A stretch of 64,000 nucleotides of DNA from Centroscyllium fabricii. Its lineage: Eukaryota. The notes beneath the pieces were generated by a model, which saw only the letters and a list, made by a program, of their open reading frames with translations, did no database searches and was not told where the DNA came from. The stretch's first letter is position 1, and each line of letters starts with the position of its first letter. Both the position numbers and the translations under genes were made by a program. Location: contig JBNRSN020000003.1 of NCBI GenBank assembly GCA_051313645.2, positions 251,472,001 to 251,536,000 on the forward strand. Reading direction: 5' to 3'. Shown here one piece after another: positions 58,184-64,000 of this stretch.

Positions 58184-61100
58184 TTCAATCTTTTCCGATA
58201 GTTGTAATCTCTCAGTTCTGGTACCACCCTTGTAAAAAAAAATTGCACTTTCTCTAGTGCTTCTATGTCCTTTTTATAATATGAAGACCAGAACTGTGCA
58301 CAGTGCGGCCTGACCAGGGTCCTATAAAAGTTTAACATAACTTAACTACTTTTGAAGTCTATGCACCTAGAAATAAATCCCAGTGCTTTGTTAGCATTTT
58401 TAATTGCTTTGCTGACCTGCAATGTTGCTTTTAATAATTTGTTTACCTGTATCCTTAGATCCCTTTGCTCTTCTATCCCATTCAGTTTCATGGGGGGGAT
58501 TTTGCTCGGGCCATGGGGGTGTGTTTCCAGTGGGGCGGGGATTAAAAAGCCTGAAACCGGGGGTCCCGACCCTTCCCGCCGGTTCCCCACCGCTTTGCAG
58601 TTTTCGGAAGGCGTGTCTAGCTGGCCCGAATCTTTCCTGCATGCCACCGGCGGGGTTGATCGTTGTGCTTGTTAGGGGCCCTTAATTGCCATGGGTAATC
58701 CCATTTTAAGGGCCCCTCATGATTTTTGAGCCCTTCCCACCCATACCCCACCATCCTGAAACCCCGCCAGTGAAACCTAGCGGGATCACTGTTGGTATGC
58801 TCACTTGCACCTTCAAGGCATTGAAGGACCTGTAGCAGAATGCCTTCCAGGCCTTCAACACCCTGAAGGTGTAAGTGACTCTCTTGTCTGAGGAGCAGCT
58901 GTGGAGAAAACCTTCCAGAAACTTACCTGACAGATGAATGGAAATGCTTCACAGGGAGATGTCCCCTAACTGTGAGCTTTCAAGCGAGTCCTTAGACCTG
59001 TCACTCAACCCACTTGGGCTTTGAGATTGGTTGCACTCCATTGTGATGTCACAATGCACTGTTTCCATAGAAACTAACAACACACAGTCCTTACTCCTGT
59101 CAATCAAGCCTTCGGCTGTCAACTGCAGCTCTGCCGTTTTCTAACTGGAATCAGTCAATTGGCAGGGGTTCTGACACATGGGCAATTAATTGGCCAATTA
59201 AGCCAACATTGTGTGGGGCTCCCAGGCCCTTGAACATTGGTGTCAGAAACCAGATCCGCCCAAAACCCACCAGCTTCCCACACCTTTGAAACCCCCCTCT
59301 TATTTTCTAAGTTGTAGGTGATGTTTCTATTTTTCCTACCAAAGTGCATCACCTCACATTTATTTATGTTAAAGTTAATTTGCCACTTAACTACAAAGTC
59401 TGCAAGTTTTCTAATGTCTTCTTGTATTATGTTGAATTCTTTTTCAGTGTTGGCTGTACCCCCAGTTTGGTATCATCTGCAAATTTTGACATTGAGTTAC
59501 TTGTTCCTAACTCCAAATCATTAATGTTAATTATGAATAATAGTGGTCCCAGCACTGATACTTGTAGAATACTGCTTTCTACCTTCCTCCAATCTGAGCA
59601 ACTACCTTTTACCCCTACTCTCTGCTTTCTTTTATTTGATTTTTAGCCAAATTGCCATCCATTTACCAGCTATTTGTCCCCTGACTCCACATGCCCTAAC
59701 CTTTGTCAAGAACATACCCTGTGGTACCTTATCAAAGGCCTTTTGGAAATCCAAGTATATGATATCTACTACCTTACCCTTGTCTACTCTTTCGTTACCT
59801 CTTCAAAGTATTCTATCAGGTTAGTTAAGCATGCCTTTGCCTTTCAGAATTCATGCTGACCCATTTTAATGATATTTTCTGTCTCTAGATGCTCTTCTAT
59901 CACTTCTTTTATTATAGGTTCCAGTGTTTTCCTATCCCTGATGTTAAACCAACTGGTCTATAATTCTATTTCCCTTTTTGAATATAGGAATAACATTAGC
60001 TGTCCGCTACTCCTCTGGCACTGTCCCCTCTTCTATGGAGCATTTATATATATAAACTGGTGCCTCTGCTATCTCCTCCCTAGTCTCCATTAGTATTTGT
60101 GGGTGCATGCCATCCAGACCTGGGGTTTTATCCTCTTTTAGTTTTGCTAGTTTGTCACTTATTTTCTCCCTTTCTATCCCAACTGTATTAATATTCATTT
60201 TAAACTCATTATCTAGTGAAGTGTCTATTTTATTATTTTCTTTAGTAAACCTGAGGTGAATTGGGTATTCAATACTTCTGCCATTTCTCTGTCATTACCT
60301 GTGAGTTTATTTTGCTCATATTTAGTGACCCTATTCACTAGTGGTCACCGCACTTCAGGAAGGATGTGGTTGCCCTGGAGAGGGTGCAGAGAAGGTTTAC
60401 CAGGATGATACCTGGTCTGGGGGACTTATGCTACGAGGAAAGGCTGGACAGGCTGGGGTTGTTTGCCTTGGAGAAGAGAAGATTGAGGGGTGACAATGAT
60501 CGAGGTATACAGGATCATGAGGGGACACGATAAGGTGGATAAAGGGGCATTGTTTCCCTTGGTGGGAGAGTCAAGTACCAGGGGACATAGATTCAAGATT
60601 AGGGGGGGGAGGTTTAGGGGGGAGGTAAGGAGAAATTTCTTTACTCAGAGGGTGGTGGAAGTGTGGAACTCCCTGCCTGTAAGGGTGGTGGAGGCAGAAA
60701 CCATCGCAACATTTAAAAAATATTTGGACCAGCACATGAAGGACCGTAACATACAGGGTTATGGGCCAGATGCGGGCAAATGGGGTTAGTATAGGGAGGA
60801 GTTTCCTGGGCTGGTGCGGACTGGATGGGCCGAATGGCCTTTATCCGCACTGTAAAGTTTCTATGATTCTATGATTCTATGATTCTATTCCTACTTTAAT
60901 GTTCCTTTTGTTATTTAAGTGTCTATAGAACACTTTATTATTTATTTTATTACCTGTACTCCTTGATAATTTGATTTCATAATTTCACTTTGCCTTCTGA
61001 ATTTTTTATAACTTCTCCCCTAAACTCTTCATGTTCCCTTTTGTCCTCCTCTCCTTTAGTATCTTTATGTCTCTTTTTTTCAATTCAAATTTCCCTTTAG

Positions 61101-61990
61101 TTCTTTATTCATCCATGATGCCCCATAATTAACTTGCTTGTTTTTGGCATTTAATGGAATAAATTTCTTTTGAACTCTGCTGATTACCCGTTTAAAGATT
61201 TCCCACTGTTCAAGATTTTCTCCCAGTTTATATTCTTTAGTTCTACCATTTCCTCATAATTCGCTCTTTTCCAATCTATGACCTTAGTCTTTGTCCTACT
61301 TATGTCACTCTCGATCCTAACCTTGAACCTTACTATGTTGTGATCACTACTACTGAGATGCTCTTCTACTCTTACTTCTCCTATCTGTTCTGGTTCATTA
61401 CCCATTACAGGATCCAGCAGTTATTATTTTCTTGTTGGACTTCTTACATTCCATGTGAGAAAGGTATCCTCTATCAACTGTGAACACCGGATTCCTTTTA
61501 CTTCTTTCACTACTTCTTCCTGCCAGTTTATTTGGGGGCAGCTGAAATCTCCCATGATTATTATTCTACTCACCTCATAGATGTGCCTACATATTTCTTC
61601 CTCTAATTCCTTTCCATTATTTGGTGGAATTTGTTTTTGTTTATTGTAGTTATTTTACCTTTCTGCTTTATGACTTTATCTGATTTCTGGCCATTCATAT
61701 TATCCTTATTTCTTCCTTTAGTTTGTCCATTATTCTCTTTTCCTGATTCTTTTATTGTTAGGTTTTTAACATTTCTAGCAGTTCCCTCCTCCCGTGCCAT
61801 TAGTTTAAAGTGTTATCCACAGCCCTAGTTGTCCTTTCCGTTAGGAACTTAGTCCCAGACCAGTTCAGCTACAGCCCATCCCAAAGATACAGCTCCTTCC
61901 TGTCCTAGTACTGGTGCCAATGTTTCATGAAATTGAGCCCCTTCTTTCCACACCCATTCCTTTAGCCACAAGTTAACTTCCCTAATCTTA
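58184..61990 (-). mobile_element. Old fragmented CR1 LINE (with an inserted GC-rich MITE-like block at about 58490-59290)
   Basis: YRTLVRPH, DKTPGLDGMHP, SSDHNIV and GDF motifs scattered across frames. Confidence 0.75.
60337..60884 (+). mobile_element. 5'-truncated CR1 insertion
   Basis: TRGHRFKI..RRNFFTQRVV..WNSLP; (CTATGATT)n tail; flanking CTATTC duplication. Confidence 0.88.
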
Positions 61991-61999
61991 AAAGAATTG

Positions 62000-63800
62000 A
62001 GAGAGTTGTAGGGATTTAGGGCAAGAATTGCAGACCATGAGTCCTAAGCAGCTGAAGGTACAGCTACCAATGGTCAAACAAAAGGAGGAGGCTGACCAAA
62101 AGGCCAGAATCAAAAGAACAGAGAGATGAGGGAGCTTGTCGGCCTAGAGGAGGCTACAGAGATGGCAGGGGCATGGGGGTGGTGGGGTGGCGGGGGGTGG
62201 GGGGGGAGTTGGGGGTGGGGGAGGGCAAGTGGCATTGAGGCCCTGAAGGGATTTAAAAACAGGGATAAGATTTAACATTTAAAGTGTTGGGGGTGGGGGG
62301 TTTGCAGGAATCAATGTAAATCATCGAGATTAGGTTTAATGGATGAGCAGAACTTGGTTCAAGATGGGATATGGGTTGCAGAGTTTTGGATTAGCTGGAG
62401 TTTACAGAGGGTGCAGAATGGAAGACCAGCCAGGAGAGCACTGGAATAATCGAGTCCAGAGAAGACAAAGGCATAGCTGTAGGTTTCAGCAGCAAATGGG
62501 CTGAAATAGGAACAAAGGCAGACGGTGTTATAGGATGGAAGTAGGTGGTCTCCGTGATGGCAAGGATACAGAGTTGGAAGCGCAGTTCAGGGTCGCTTGG
62601 ACGCTGAGGTCGCAAACAGTCTGGTGCAGCCTGGGAGAGTGGCCAGGGAGAAGAATAGAATTGGGGACAAGGGTATGGAATTTCTGAAGGTGTGAAAGAT
62701 CATGCGGGGAAGAATAGGACCTCGTTGCACCTGTTTTCCAGGCAGAAATTTAAAAAAGACGTTGAATTTCACAGGGCTATGTCCTGCACCCTAAGGATGC
62801 ATGAAAGACATCCAATTCATATTAGGACGGGTGATTTTTCAGGCATTACTGGTGGCTTCCTAAAACAGCCATTAGGCTCCTTGCCTATGTTAATGAGTGG
62901 CCCAACGTCGGCCTGAGCTGCTCAGTATTACTCAGTACATGCGGCCTAACCAGCAGTCCTTAAAGGTCACCACCAAAAAGGCAAGTTTTTTTTCATAAAC
63001 TTACCTTAATGTGGAGCACTTCTTTCTCGCCCCTCTGTCTCTATTCTCCTCCTCCCACAGGACTTAACTTAGGTCCACTACCAGCAAGACATCCAGCCCA
63101 AATTGGAGTGCATCACAGCAGCAAGCTGCCTCTGTAAGCGCAACGGCCCTCCTGAATTATTAAGATGAGGCCCACAGATCAATTTTGTGTGGTATCAGCT
63201 GCATGCAGCCCAATTCATGTCTGATAAAAGGTGTGAACAAATTTATCCCTGACGACTTTGGTTTTTCTGATGTTTAACGGGAGTAAATTGCAGCTCATCC
63301 ATGAGTGAAAGTTACAGAAGCAGTTTGACAAAGGAAAGGCTCTGGAGGGATTGCGAGATGGTGAAGATGATGCACATGTACACTGATGGGTGCCATCAGT
63401 GTACATGTGCAAGCTGACCCCATGTAGTTAATGTTATTAAGAAGCAGCATGTCGATGAGGAAGAGGTGAAGGCCAAGGACAGATCCTTGGGAGATTCCAC
63501 CAATGATGGAGCACGGGTGGGAAGAGAAGTCATTAGTCGCAATGCTCTAGATACAATAGTATAAGTAAAAGTGAAATGAAGGAAAGGTGATCTCATCGAA
63601 CTGTCTGCCAGAGAAGAGGATGATATGGTCAAGCAGGACAGAGTTCTAGGAGGAATATATGGACAATGGTTACAGTCACAGAGAATGTTTTTTATGACTT
63701 TGGTTAGGGCCATTTCTGTGCTGTCAGAGGAGTGAAAACCGCATTGGAGGGATTCAAACAGAGAGTTGAGGGAGAGATAGGCAAGGATCTGTGAGGTAAC
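62000..63800 (-). mobile_element. Decayed L2-type LINE fragments
   Basis: Remnants of AFV.SGLDYS, NFLQLN..KT and GISQGSV RT motifs on the minus strand. Confidence 0.6.
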
Positions 63801-64000
63801 TGTTACCGAATTAACGACCTCGGAGATGAGTTATTAAGAGGTGAAAACTATAGGCTTTTATTAGCTAAAGGTGGACATGCACCAGCTAGTCGACCGTCCC
63901 CAGGAATGGCCGGGGAGAGGCAGACGGCCGCTTATGTACCTGGTCCTGGGAGGGAGGAGTCACAGGCAGGGCCAGCATGGGCATGTCCAGGTGATCACAT
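63801..64000 (-). repeat. LTR related to element B (3' end; runs out of the window)
   Basis: Minus strand CATGCCCATGCTG..GTCGACTAGCT..TAATAAAAGCCT..TCTCCGAGGT..GGTAACA. Confidence 0.85.

Noticed and set aside
57763-58257. 164-aa Leu/Ser/Pro-rich ORF
   Set aside because: Translation of a CT minisatellite.
1093-63800. Target-site preference of the Mag-like elements (CTGTG, GTGGT, CTTAC, GTAAC)
   Set aside because: Four sites are too few and share no clear consensus.

Overview
Eukaryotic, almost entirely repeat-derived vertebrate DNA, most likely from an elasmobranch (shark/ray). That assignment is inferred from HE1-like V-SINEs, SacSINE1-like Deu-SINEs and HER1/CR1-type LINE tails. No host protein-coding gene could be supported. 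The window is a nest of mobile elements: five Ty3/Gypsy LTR retrotransposons, two further isolated LTRs, a near full-length CR1 LINE with an intact ORF2, several decayed CR1/L2 copies, Penelope fragments with minimal hammerhead ribozymes, three PIF/Harbinger transposons and related MITEs, and a Tigger-like MITE. Three observations stand out. (1) A foamy-virus-like (spumaretroviral) endogenous element at 45004-47790 (-) has a foamy-type integrase, a 1.46-kb LTR and no env, and a related solo LTR lies at 24328-26144. (2) Three Mag-like Gypsy elements lack a tRNA primer-binding site. All three have a hairpin over the LTR end, and in two of them the leader is fully complementary to their own AATAAA region with compensatory changes, suggesting tRNA-independent self-priming and/or poly(A)-site occlusion. 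(3) The CR1 5' UTR is built of 307-bp monomers, with a TATA box about 30 nt upstream of the next monomer's first base. All homology calls come from reading motifs by eye; no database searches were run.
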